This document shows positions 51,834 to 64,000 of a DNA stretch of 64,000 bases, in pieces. Below the pieces are notes generated by a model that saw nothing but the letters and a program-made list of their open reading frames with translations, was not told where the DNA came from and ran no database searches. The position numbers and the translations under genes were made by a program. Origin of the DNA: Octopus sinensis (Eukaryota). Position 1 is the first letter of the stretch; every line of letters starts with the position of its first letter. The DNA lies in the NCBI RefSeq assembly GCF_006345805.1, contig NC_042999.1, positions 139,748,001 through 139,812,000 on the forward strand, in the 5' to 3' direction.

Positions 51834-52928
51834 CTCAAATATCCCTGAAAGTGAAGAATCAGCTGAAATCAATCTTTTGAAATGCTGCTGCTTGGCATCA
51901 ATTGGTGGCTTCTCAGAAGAGACACTGTCCAACTTTGGCCCAGGTAACTGGTGAGTGATTACTTTCTGTATGCTCTTCAAATCTAATTTATCTGAGACAA
52001 TGAGACTGCTGAGTGTGGCACGAAGACATTGGTTGGTGTATGAATGCGAGAGGTGTGCTTTGGATGATATTTCTCTCATAAAGTTAGCTATACTCTTGCC
52101 ACCATGTGGTTGCAATGTGTACCAGGTAGGCGAATTTGTTACATCTCCAAAGCGGGGTTGACAAAAGAACTTGTCACTTTGTGGGTGCAATCTTGATAAA
52201 TAGTTTGCAAAAATTTTAACAGGACACAATGCTTCGTTTGGAACTTCATGTATCATCCTACAACTCGTGTTACTTAATTCGGTCGGAATATTTTCGCCTG
52301 TGTTGACAATACCATCAGTGAGGATTATAGATTGCAAACCAGACTTCTGATCCTTGTTAACGCGAAAATGATGTTTCGTTAATTGTGAGAGGCATTTATA
52401 GCCGTTACGACCAAAAAACAAGACGATGTCCATAAAGACACGTTTCTGGAGCTTGTTTGGATTATTCAGATCACTGTTACACCAGCTGTAGGCTTTTTGT
52501 AAATCAGCAAGAGTTATTGCAGATTTGGCATTCCCGATAGCTGAGAATTTTTGTTGTAGACTATAGGAATGTTTCTGCCACACTCTGTTAGCCTCTAGGA
52601 AATAAGGGTCATTTAATATATCGATGCCCCTCTTAAGTATGAAGCGATAAAGGCCATAACGAATACCTCGTAGACCGGCGTGTTTATACCAAGTACCGTC
52701 ATCTTTACGTAAATCAGGGAAAAAACTACAAAGATAATTTTTCAAGCGATGCTTGGCTTCCATATCACCACGAGCAATTTGCGACAACAACTGATGGAGT
52801 CGTAATTTTTCTCCTTTAGAAAAAATATATTCTCCAAATTTCTCGCAGGCACTGACTTCGGCGCGCTTTGTGGAATGGGCCTCAATATTGGCGGCGGAAC
52901 TCTCATTCTGTGATTCTTGAGTTGCCAT
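51834..52928 (-). CDS. Variable first coding exon V15: Crypton-derived DUF3504 domain (about 365 codons), paralog of V12
   Basis: FFPDLRKDDGTWYKHAGLRGIRYGLYRF, NNPNKLQKRVFMDIVLFFGRNG, CPVKIFANYLSRL, HGGKSIANFM and YTNQCLRAT. Donor GAG|GTTAGT in phase 0; likely ATG at 52928. Confidence 0.83.
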
Positions 52929-54859
52929 TATAGTATATAAATCAAGTAAAATACCGAACAATTGAAAAAAACTGTAACACTAAAGTGATATAACTTTAAA
53001 AAATTCAATACCTTCATATGTATATTATTCCTTACGATGCATTTTAATACAAAACTACATAGGTGATTGATTCGGGAAACGAAGCTCAATATTTTAATTT
53101 AAAATGCATAACTTTATACATAAAGCAAATGAGACCATCTCTTTCAAGGAAAAGAAACGTAGCATTTAAATTATATATCAGCTGATATCTGCATAATTTT
53201 AAAAGAAGTTGTGAAAGCAACAACAGGGTTAGATGATTAAATGCAATCACTGACAGTATTAAAATTGTTACGAGCATCGAACTGAGCAAAAGTAGTGACT
53301 GGCGCTAAGATATCTAAAGTTGTTATTCATGTGATAACAAGACTACTGTATAATTCTCGATCGAAATAGTAGCAGTAGGAGTACGTTGTAAGTTATTATG
53401 ACATTCAATTAAATCACGTAAGATGACAATAGATATTTATCTTATGTACACTCAATAAAGAGATATAAATGAACATAAACATAAAACAGAAAGGATTATA
53501 AACACGTGTAAGTAGACTAGAGATTGATCAGTTGTGTAAGTTTTTAACTGGAGTGATAAGGCAGACAGTGATGTGTGATATACTGTAGTCCAATAACACG
53601 AGTTATTATTACACAGTGGGTGACGAACGAAGTTGGCAGAGAGCAAAACAATACGCCACGAGAATGAGTGCATCGGCTGAAACATTCCACAGCAGGCTTA
53701 GAAAATAGAAGAGGCCAACAAGATGTACTCCAAAACAGAGAAACAGAACCACAGGACGAAACAAGAGAAATGGCATCAAGAATAGCTACGTTGGTTAATA
53801 ATACGAGGTCGCTGACATCAGATTGCAACTAAAAGCCGTTCGCGATAACAGGCCTGAACATAAGTAGTACCCCTAATGTACATAACGTATATTACACAAA
53901 CTGCTGACGTAGAAAGCAGCAAGTTCTATGTTATCTACCAACTGAAATAGTCCTTCCTACAAAGTAAACATCTACATAGTCATTATTTACCACAAAACCG
54001 AAGCGAGTATTTACAACAGCTATATAAACATTTGATAGTGGCTGCTGCTATCATTAAATGGGAAAAGATTATTTATTGCCACAGGCTTGAAGCTGTTCTT
54101 TTTTTTTCATTAAGAAAATGATTAGATTAAAAAAAATAAATATCAGCATCCCTATAACAATTTACGTTCACATAAGTGTGTGTATATATATATATTCGTG
54201 TACATCTCTACAAATGTACATATAAAAATAGCTAACAGCATAGCCGTCACTCGCAAGCGAGCATGATCTGATAGTTTGTACCAGGCGTTTTTTTTTTTTT
54301 TATTGTTCTTGGTACCAACCCTAATGTGAGCTGACGGAGACACTCAAGGGCCTTCTCACCTTTGAGCCCAACAGGAAAACGAAACGACTGGAGGAAGAGA
54401 GGGCTGCCACTCATTTTTAGCCGAATAAACTGGAACAAAGTGAACTGATATGCTTTGCTTAAGGACATGATGTTTCCTAGTCCAGGAATCGAAGCCATGA
54501 CCTTAGGATCATGAGCCAAACACTCTTCACACAAATTCATGCACGAGTGCAAGTGCATAATGTGTCTATACGTATATATAAGTGGGTTGGTGTCCGAGGG
54601 CGCAGTAAGCCTACTGGGAATGAGGAATTCCTGGTACATGTTAAGGCATCCCTCTAGAAGGCTAACTTGTACATAAAACCCGCTGCTCTGAGCCATATAT
54701 CTCACACTTTGTCTCTAGGCTTCTTGGTATTGCTAGTGAGAGTCGTTGTGGTGCTGTAAGCAGCAGTGCTCAACTTAAAACCCTTGCACAGGCATTACCG
54801 ACAGTGATAGTTATGATCCTCTACCCAGTGGACAACCATTAATTATGTACGTATGCACG

Positions 54860-54892
<33 letters not shown>

Positions 54893-56105
54893 GGATTGGG
54901 GGAGGGCACTACTAGGTTAAGAATTTCTCTCCAAAAGGTTTTTGCAGCAAAGGTCTAACACACACAAGTGTGTACAAATATATTTAACATAGTGTTACAC
55001 TCAAAATTTGAAAGACCTCAGTTGCAAAAACTTCTTGGAGAGAAATTCTCCTTAGCCCAGTAGTGCCCCCCCCCCATCCATAGAATCTATAAGAATTTCT
55101 CTCTAGAGACAGTCTCCGCAGTGGAAATCTTTCTACTTTTGAGTGTACATAAACATTTTAAATACAATTATACACAATTATATTTCAATCATTGCTGTTT
55201 AGTTTGCTTCTGATTAATACACACACATCTTTTCTCCCATATATATAATAAATATGATATGTGTGTGTGTTATTTAAGACACTTTGATTTGGCTCCATGT
55301 GAATTAAAGTTTTGCAGGCCTGTTAACACAGACCCATCTTATTCAGGATTAGTTAACTGAAGTCTAAACAAGCCAGGTTTCTGTAAAGAGGCATGGAACC
55401 AAATCAAACAGTTTTAAATAATAATATATTTAACTCCTACTAAATGTGTTGAATGCCTTTTTCTTTCATTTGTCCACTCATGTATATATGAAAATCCTCA
55501 TAGAGGTAAATGTGATCATGTAATTACATACACATAGAATAGAAAATTGGACACTGGATGTAAATGTAAGATGTTTGCCACTTGAAGTTCTAAATTTTAG
55601 GCTTTGTATAGCTAGTCCCTCTTCCCAGTTATATTAAAGAAATGCATGCTATATGATACCTATTTCTATATGCACAAAATCCAAGTACATTTCTTAGTAT
55701 ATCAAGCACATTGGACATGTAGCTAACAAGTTTGCTTTGCAATTATGTGGTTTTAGGTTTGTTTCAACTTCATGGCAGGCAAATATGTAACAGTCTAAGA
55801 TTGAGTGAAACCGTGTGAATGAAATTGGATCATATGGAAACCATGTGGAGGCCAGCAAATAGACTGTATTTCTGTTTTGAGGTTCCAGTTCTATCTCACA
55901 GTGCATGTTGATTTTTCAAGTCTAAATTTATGGTACAAGTTAATGAGTAGGTAGTTCCATTAATTGGAAAACTGAGACACATTTGTTGAAATCTAGAACA
56001 TATATGAGAGAAGGTGAGTTAAAATATAAAATAACTAAGACAAACATTAAGTTTCTCAAGATTTGATATGTTTAGCAAAACTCATCTATTGATGATGCTT
56101 CCTAT

Positions 56106-56400
56106 CATCATTTAACGTCCATTTTCCATGCTGGCATGGGTTAGACGCTTTGACTGGTACAGGTAAACTATGGAGCTGCACCAGGCCCAAGTTGTCTGTT
56201 TTGGCTTGGTTTCTCCGACTGGGTGTCCTTCCTGACACCAACTACTTTACAGAGTGTACTAGGTGTCTTTTACATATCACCGGCACTGGCTACAATTCAC
56301 TTAGCTTGACGTGTTTTCTCAAGTACAGCAAATCGCCAGAAGTCTCGGTCACTTGCCATAAGCCTGCATGAGGCTCAACAACTGAAGATCATATTTCATC
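56106..56400 (+). mobile_element. Third interspersed repeat family (TCATCATTTAACGTCCATTTTCCATGCTGGCATGGG..)
   Basis: Related fragments occur near 12990-13130(-) and 26500-26600(+). Confidence 0.5.
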
Positions 56401-57522
56401 ATTTTGTCTCTCCTATTAAAACAAGTACATGCGTTTGAAAGTTAAAAGTGAAGCTCAAACATTCTTTGAAAATATTTCTTACATATATACTTACACAAAA
56501 ATAATTTCAAATGTGAGTTATTAATGGTGTTCTTTATTAGCATATCCCATAAATTGATGGCTATTATAATCATTATTTAGATATCCATATAATTATAAGT
56601 TTTACACCTTTACTCGCCTTAATTATGGAAGGAAATTGAAGAGATAATTAAAATATTTAATAAACAATGAAACAAATTTTGTGTTATGTAAAAATAGGAA
56701 CATGAACACTTTAATAATCGGTTGACTTCCTGCTATATGATAGTACATAACATAGCTCTTATGTACTGAGTTAATTCAACCAATGCGTTTTTCGATAAAA
56801 TTTTTACAAAAGGTGGGTTTTCGAGGGTGTAGATTACAATTAAGTTAGAATATAGAAAAAAAAATTTGGAGTTTCGAATCTTGGTTATTATCAAATTCCT
56901 TAACTTTAAGATCCCCCTCCCGATGGTTTAAACCATCAATGTTATGTAAACAAAACACTTTAGTGCTTCCAATGGTTGTTCTAAATTCTCCTGGACTTAA
57001 TTGTAGAGAAACAATGGCACGCGTAACGCTTAATGTAACGCTCTGGCAGAAGGCTATCAAAGCTCTAGATGTGGAAAGAAGAAATTGAGATTTAAAGTAA
57101 CTGCTGCTAGTATGTTAGCTACTTTCCTTTCTCAATCAATTTCTTTCCATTCGTTTATTCAGTCACCCACTCCTCCACTTTATCACAAATTAACAACACA
57201 ATATCTGCTATTATTCTTGGCGGTTCCTTTAATGACACTAATTTTATCGACCCCCAAAAGAGATGAAAGGTTAAAAGTTGATCACTGCGATAATATATTT
57301 CAAGTGCTATTGTTTGCATCAAAACTGACATTGTTAACTTGAAAAGTAGTTATCTTAATTATACTATTGTTACTAGCAACAGCAATAAGAGTTTCTAACC
57401 CATCCTATAAAGAGGATGCAAGAGTTAATGGTGTTTGCCTTTTAAATGATTCAAAGAGAATGTGTGTAAAAGAAAACAGCAATATTTAAAAGGTGTTCAC
57501 AAAAAATAAAAGATTTCCTTAC

Positions 57523-57882
57523 GTCAGTTGGGCTGTTTAGTTTCAGTTTGGTATACCATTTTGGTGTGGGGACATTGCTCGTCTGGAATATTGTTGGTAT
57601 GGCATTCGGCTTCAGTAAGATACGTGGGTTCTGCATAAACTGGAAGTTCTGTTCGAAACAATGAGGTTCAAAATGCAGAGTGCAGATTCGAAATCGGCGC
57701 CGTATGCTCTGGTCATCCGAACAGGCCATGTCGAGGAAGTTCTCTATCTGGCTGAAACTAATGTTCATGTTCTGGGCCCAGATTCGACACATTCCCCGAT
57801 CTTTGGGGAAGCAGTGTAGCCTGATATGACGAGGGAGTCGGCCATCATGACTTGAACAACCGAACGCCTTACATTGGGGCAT
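57523..57882 (-). CDS. Variable first coding exon V16: THAP zinc finger (120 codons), paralog of V13
   Basis: MPQCKAFGC..HCFPKD..W..ICTLHF..LKPNAIPTIF. Donor GAC|GTAAGG in phase 0. Confidence 0.88.
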
Positions 57883-60800
57883 TGTGAACCGCTTAAGAAT
57901 CGGATAAGATTGTTAAATAGCAGATGTAAGTATTGAATTGAGTTTTAAAATTCTATAAAATATAGTTTTAATTATTTAGTTTAAGGAGAAAGAAGAGAAA
58001 CGAACGAGGAAGAGTGTTTACAATCATATTCGTTTTTATAAATGGGTGAGTAATAGCAACAGTATTACCCTGGAACTACAGCAGCAAATAGAAAAGGGGA
58101 AATGTGTGTATGAGACATACGATATTATTTTTGAAAAAAATTAAAAAGGAATTTTCCTTTATACTAACAAACTAAACAAAAACAAAACAAGAAAGGTAAA
58201 ACGTAGTTAATACTGTTTGTAGACGCTTAGATTAGCTACGGAAGAAAACAGAATGAATAATTTATATATATAGCTAAGCTAGCTTGCCGTGGGTGATTTT
58301 TCTTTCAATACAGTCACAATGTAGGCAAGCCTTTCTCTGGCTGTATTCACGGCCACCATGACATGAAAACACACACTTGATTATAAATTCTAACAGTTAT
58401 TATTATTTTGCATGGAGAAATGCATATTTGTTTTAGAAATAGAAGGGTGATATGCAGTTAAGGGAGAGAGACTAATACTAAATATTCGTAATCAGCCTTA
58501 GTCGCTCGGGGTGAACTTAGTCAGCAGTAGTCAGCCAGTTCTGTTCACAGTTGCTGTAACTGAATGGGTGAGTGGATGCTTTCTGCCTTAGTATAAGGGA
58601 GCCGACAGAGCAGCATAAATTGTGTGTGTGTGTGTGTAATCTGGCTTTGTGGATAAAATATAAGTGGGTGAGTGAATAAACGAGCAGAGAATAGAACGAA
58701 TTGAATAGAGAAATAGCAGAAGATACTTTAACTCTTAATCTCATCTTTCCATATAAAAATTAAATTTGAAAAAAGATATGAAAAAAAGTGGGGTGATGTT
58801 TTATTTTATTTATAGCTGATTTTTGTCAGCAGAATCATCACGGACTAAACGGAAACCAAGCGTATGTATCTAAAAAAATATTTTACAAGAGGAAAACATA
58901 CAGTAATGGATAGTAAGTATTATTTCGTAGGCATTATTAAGCCTAATATATGATAATGATAATAAATCACGTTTTCCCTATAAGCAAGAACATTTCAACA
59001 AACTTACTCCTCCTCCCACCTCAATCTATAAATTCCAGTCTATAGATTCGTGGGTGAACCGAGAGATTTCAAATAGATGGGGAGGAGGAAGAAAAAAAGA
59101 TTCTTCCGCCGTGCATTAACATAATCTAGGCTGGGTGAAGGTGATACACAAAAGCCATTCAGTTATGAAAAGCTGATCGATGAAATAAATCAATTACTGA
59201 GAACAGATATACATTATGTATGAGAGAGTGTGTATGTGTGTGTGAACGCGTGCGCGCATTAAAATCCCCCATTTAAACTGCAAATTTGAATCCTTTCAGC
59301 AACAAAATGAATTTATGTATTCCAATATTGGCACAAAGAGGGATGTATATAGTTGGTTGAACTGATACTCTATTTTATCAAAGCCACAAGAGTTAAAAAA
59401 CACAAAGCTGACTCATAGAGGAATTGATCTCAGCACAGTGATGAAACCAAGTACTGGTTGGCATTCAGTATGGGGTACTCTATAACCTTTTATATATCAA
59501 TGATTAAAAAAAAATCTCTTTGCATTAAGTGTTGCTGCTGGGCCAAGTTGAATTATTATACTTAAAATTTGCCCAACCACTAAGATGCTGTGTAGTTCAT
59601 TATTGCATGACGTATTTTCTGTGCATAGGTACTAGTAGAATGGACACTGACTAAAGTGGTTTGTTCTTAAACACTTTCTTTTGCGAAAATGCATTCCCCT
59701 CTTTTTCTTTTCTGTGATGTTTCAAAGGTGGTGTGATGTAATAGAATTTGTAAGAATGAAATGAAATAGTTATTTAAAAACTCATGCTACACTGAATGAG
59801 TAAAAACAGAAAAATAAACTCTACTAAATTAACAGAGGAACTAACATGTTGGATAATCAACAGTGTTGATATAAATTCCCAAATTAGAGATTAAAGAAAT
59901 ACATTTAAATTATCAAGTGAAACATTTGTTAGAATAATGGACACATGAGTAGTGAAAACTTGTACCTTTTCACTCTTAATAATTTCCCCAGCTGCCTCCA
60001 CACAAATACATAACCAACCAGTGTATTAACAATTTATATTTTGTCATTGGGAATATGTTACACCATGGCCAGGTCATTTTTAATGCCTTAATTTACCAAG
60101 TGAGAGGTACAGATAATTTCAAATCCAATTAACAAATCTGATCTTGTACAATACAAACTTGTTCACAAATTTTAGTCTGAAGATTTGCAAATGTGCACTA
60201 TGCACAAGAACTAAATGTTACCTATTTCCTCCTCCAACACAATGAGTGTCACCATATTCCAACAGCAGGACTGGATACATGTTATATCTATTATCCAACT
60301 AACTGATATGTAGGAATCTAAATCACAGCAATAAGACAGTGAACATACCATACATGCTTGTAGGTAAGTCAGAATTTCTTACTCAAATAAAGGGCATAAA
60401 AAGCTGCCTGCAACTTATCTATGGTACTTTGCTCTGGGGGTTGAAATTTACAGCATAAACTAATATCACAACATCCAATCACACATTGATCATGTCACTA
60501 CACAGTCTGTATGAATATTGCAATTAATAAATTCAGGTTGATGATGGTGCAACATACTGAAATAAATGCAGATGTTTATGGAAAATTTAATTTTGCTACA
60601 AAACAAAGGCAACTGTGCTGATATTGTTTATATCTGTCAAGATATTTTCCCTGCATAGATACAGATTTGGTGGCAGAAGTTTTGAAAAAAAATTCATTGC
60701 ATACCTTAATTAGAAAAACTGACTAAAACTTAATCCACAGGGATAAAAACAAAAGTTAGAGTTATGTGGATGGGTTGAAACTGCATATAGTTGAATATAC

Positions 60801-62390
60801 TGTAAAGCATGGATGGAAACAGTAAAGCTGTGAGACTTTAGTGTGCCAAAAAAATGAGGCACTAGTGGAAACAAAAAGATACACTCAAGAAAATGCCAGA
60901 ACATAAACTGTCTTTCCATATGAGAAATTGGGGAAATATTTGTAAGCTACTCAGAACTTTCTAACACAATTGACAAAAGTTAGGATTATTTTAGTTAGAT
61001 GTACCTATTACTTAAATGCAGCTATGATGCAAATAGTATTCACAAAAAGCAACAAATGATTTACATACAGGTCAAAGCCTTTTATTATAAACACAAAGTG
61101 CACGCAAATTATCTACTTGTGTTTTTATGTGAATATATATTGAATATTAAATGTGAAATATTTTGCATAAATATACCCACTTTATTGATCAATATCCAAC
61201 TAAGCACAATAAAATAAAATTGACATAGGTAGCAATAAAACACTTGTTTTTATCAGATGCTATCTACATAGTTATCAAAATTACATTCGAAATACTAGAT
61301 GGAGTGGTTTAGATTATATTTTTTTTGCACTCTGAAATTTCAAAATGCTGTATTTGACTTTATTAAGATCCTGAATGTCTGGTTCAAAACAAAAATCTGA
61401 AAACTTAGTTAAAGGGAGAGGGAAAAAAATGCATAATAGAAGTATTAATCCTTTAAGTGTGAATTTTAAAATCTTTTCTCTTCTGATGACATGATCATGA
61501 TTATTCCATTATACAAACTGAAGATTATAAATGTAAGCATACTGTCATTTATCAAAAGTTAATTTTCTAGAAAAGACCAACATTTGCACAATGTTGACTT
61601 AACAACAAGTGCATTTTTATGACCTACACAGTTCAAAGGTCACTTTAGTTTGATTTGTTTCATTTAAGATATAAGAACTTTTCAATGTATTCTATATTGC
61701 AATTATAATAAATTTGCCTAAATACACTTTTACCATAAATACTAAAAGTTAGTGAATGAGATGATTTTTCTAGAATTTCACTTCCCATACGTAGGTGTAT
61801 GTATTATATGAGTGCATATTGTACACAAATATGATAGCAACATTTTGCTGTAATTTAGTGAAGTAATTTTGAAAATAAAAATATTGTACAAATTAATGTT
61901 CAATGCAGTCTACTTATGCATCCACAGTATGCCATAATTAATATTTTAATATAAAATCATATTTTGAGTAAGACCAGTTTCAAACATGCCAGTATTGAAT
62001 TAAACATTCTTCAGTCATTTCCTCACTTTTTAGCAAATCAAGCACTTGTTTTATTAAACTATGTAATGCATAAACCATAAACCCACAATTTCAAAATTTG
62101 TTACCATCCATAATCAAATTTAAAGCTCCTGCTTACCTGAAAGAAAATCTTTTCCTTTTGTATTTCATTGGAAGATGGAAGAAAAATTACTGAAAATTTA
62201 ATTTTCTATAAAATGGCTAAAAGGTATGTAAACACAAACAAGTGCAGAGAGAAAAGCCACTACTTTTAAGGCAGTGGCATCAAAATACAAACATGAGAAC
62301 AGTTAATGGAAGAAAGGATTTGTAGTGATCTAATGAATAAAATACCAGCTGAAGAGTTAATATATTTCAAGACCTATAGCATGTCACTGT

Positions 62391-62608
62391 TTAACTCTTT
62401 AGCATACATATTTTTGTCAAAAGTAATGCTTATTTATTCACCTTGTTTTTAATTAATCATGCATTATCTTGTAGCTTTGAGATTCTGATGAGGTAACTGA
62501 TAATTTTTTAGAATGATATTGTTGGTGTGAGAAATCCAATCTATCCAGTTTGAACATAAAACAGAATATTTTGGTTGGATATGGCTAGGTTAAATGCTAA
62601 AGGTTTAA
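62391..62608 (+). mobile_element. Uninterrupted copy of the same short TIR-bounded repeat
   Basis: TTAACTCTTTAGCA ... TGCTAAAGGTTTAA; the interior is homologous to 27180-27295 plus 28447-28559. Confidence 0.72.
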
Positions 62609-62759
62609 AGTGAATTGACCCAAAAAGAATATCAGTACAAAATAAATGGGTCTAAAACAAGCAATCTCAGAAAAGCAAGTAGATCCTATGTTTTTATTAT
62701 TTATTCATCTAAAGAATAACAATGTTCATTACTGGATCTAAGGGAAGGAGTAATACCCA

Positions 62760-63290
62760 TAGCTTTGACAAGCCCACCTAGATAGATGAGATGAATGCCA
62801 TTGACATTCCTCTTGAAACTTTGCAAGTTGTGGGGAAACATGGGTAAGGAGGAAATTCCAGAAGGTGAATGTGTTGGGCAAGAATGATTAAGTGTAGTGG
62901 TTAGTGTGGGGTTAGAAGGTTGGACACAACAAGAGTGATGAGAAGAGGATAAGTGGGTCAGGAATACTGGGCTGAAGGTGTCAAGAGCCTAGCCAGCTCT
63001 GAGAAGACCCTGTGGACCAGAGGCTGGAGTGCATCTGTAAGTAACTTCATACTAATCAGTTGAATGGCTCTTTTCCTGATGCAGTCTAGGATGCCTGTGT
63101 GAGCAATAACAATTCCATTCCAGATGTGAGAGAGAGCAATGCTCCATTGTGAGCCTCACCTGAGTGTAGTGATTAGTGTGGGACTAGAATGTCAATAACT
63201 ATCAGGAAATGAAGTACCTTCTGGCTCTGAAAAGAGCCAATTGTTAGGATGTAGTACTAGCTATGTACTTTTACCAGGAGAGATCCTCGG
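62760..63290 (-). mobile_element. Decayed LINE 3' fragment of the same family
   Basis: Nucleotide similarity to 16690-17050 (CTCCATTGTGAGCCT.AC.TGAG, GAAT.GCTCTTT.CCTG). Confidence 0.6.
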
Positions 63291-64000
63291 TGAAATTATA
63301 AAGGTTTTAGTTGAGTAGAATGTATTGCAAGCAATTGTCCAATTAGAATTAATGTAAGCTCAAGATTGGAGGGAAACATAAGGGAAGGATTTCAAGCAGT
63401 ATAGTTCTTGAAGTATTAAGTATATGATTGGAAGCAGAGAGTAACTAAGACAGATAAGGAAACTGACAATAAATCTTTATATCATGTGAAGTTTGTCTTG
63501 TCCAGACAATGATGCGTAGTAACAATATGTAATCTGTTATTAGCAACATTCAATATTAATTTATCAGACAATATGCTCAATCAATCAGCACTGCTAAACC
63601 AAAATACTCAAAAATTTTAGCTAAGTGAAACTATTTAAAATACTTAATATTAGGCATATTATATAAAACGAGTAACAGTTGAAGTAGTAGTAATGATACT
63701 GGCAGAGTCATTGAAGGAAACAATAAGCGACAAAGTAATCAAACAGTAAAAAATACATATAAGAACTTGCAACAATATAACTGTAATCATGACAATAACT
63801 GCACTTACAAAGAAACTAACCATATACTTATGTTCTCATTGAAGTACACTTGTATGGATCGAGACCCAGCTATCTATATTTATATCAGCTGAAAGTAACT
63901 GAAGTCAGGTAGGTAAGAGAAAAGGGAGAGAGAAAGACAGAAAAAGATAACTAGATGTAAAAATACAAGGTGGAATATTTTAACAGAGAATTATTGATCC

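Noticed and set aside
53452-54705. Several 60-150 aa ORFs upstream of V15
   Set aside because: No domain similarity; they overlap repeat-derived and promoter-like DNA.
3481-57882. Interpretation as active autonomous transposons (P-element/THAP9, Tigger, Tc1, Crypton)
   Set aside because: No catalytic domains, TIRs or target-site duplications seen; uniform strand and splice phase are not expected from independent insertions.
1-64000. CRISPR arrays, rRNA/tRNA genes, prokaryotic operons
   Set aside because: None seen. The DNA is eukaryotic, the tRNA-like boxes belong to SINE heads, and ORF-track starts at TTG/GTG are artefacts of the translation table.

Overview
AT-rich, intron-rich eukaryotic genomic DNA. 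The SINE/MITE families look like those of Octopus (coleoid cephalopod); this is recognition from memory, not a database result. No rRNA, tRNA gene or CRISPR array was seen. The main structure is an array of 16 intact minus-strand coding exons spread over about 54 kb (3481-57882). Each begins at its own ATG, encodes a transposon-type DNA-binding module, and ends just after the domain at a GT splice donor in codon phase 0. The modules are 9 THAP fingers, a Tigger/CENP-B double HTH, a pipsqueak HTH, two Tc1/IS630-type HTH regions, two Crypton-like DUF3504 domains and one basic STPR-like peptide. Four of the THAP exons stop inside the C-x2-H motif (..CSK/CTK). The only matching completion I found is a single 96-bp phase 0-0 exon (HFVGGNGPTRDHPDP.., 18684-18779) 14-30 kb downstream. 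The simplest reading is one gene with many variable first exons, probably with separate CpG-rich promoters, spliced to a shared coding region lying left of the window. This resembles clustered protocadherin/UGT1 loci, or lola/mod(mdg4) in reverse. The splicing itself is inferred, not observed. Intervening DNA is CpG-poor intron with decayed SINEs, LINEs, Tc1/mariner relics, microsatellites and a near-perfect 449-bp inverted duplication.
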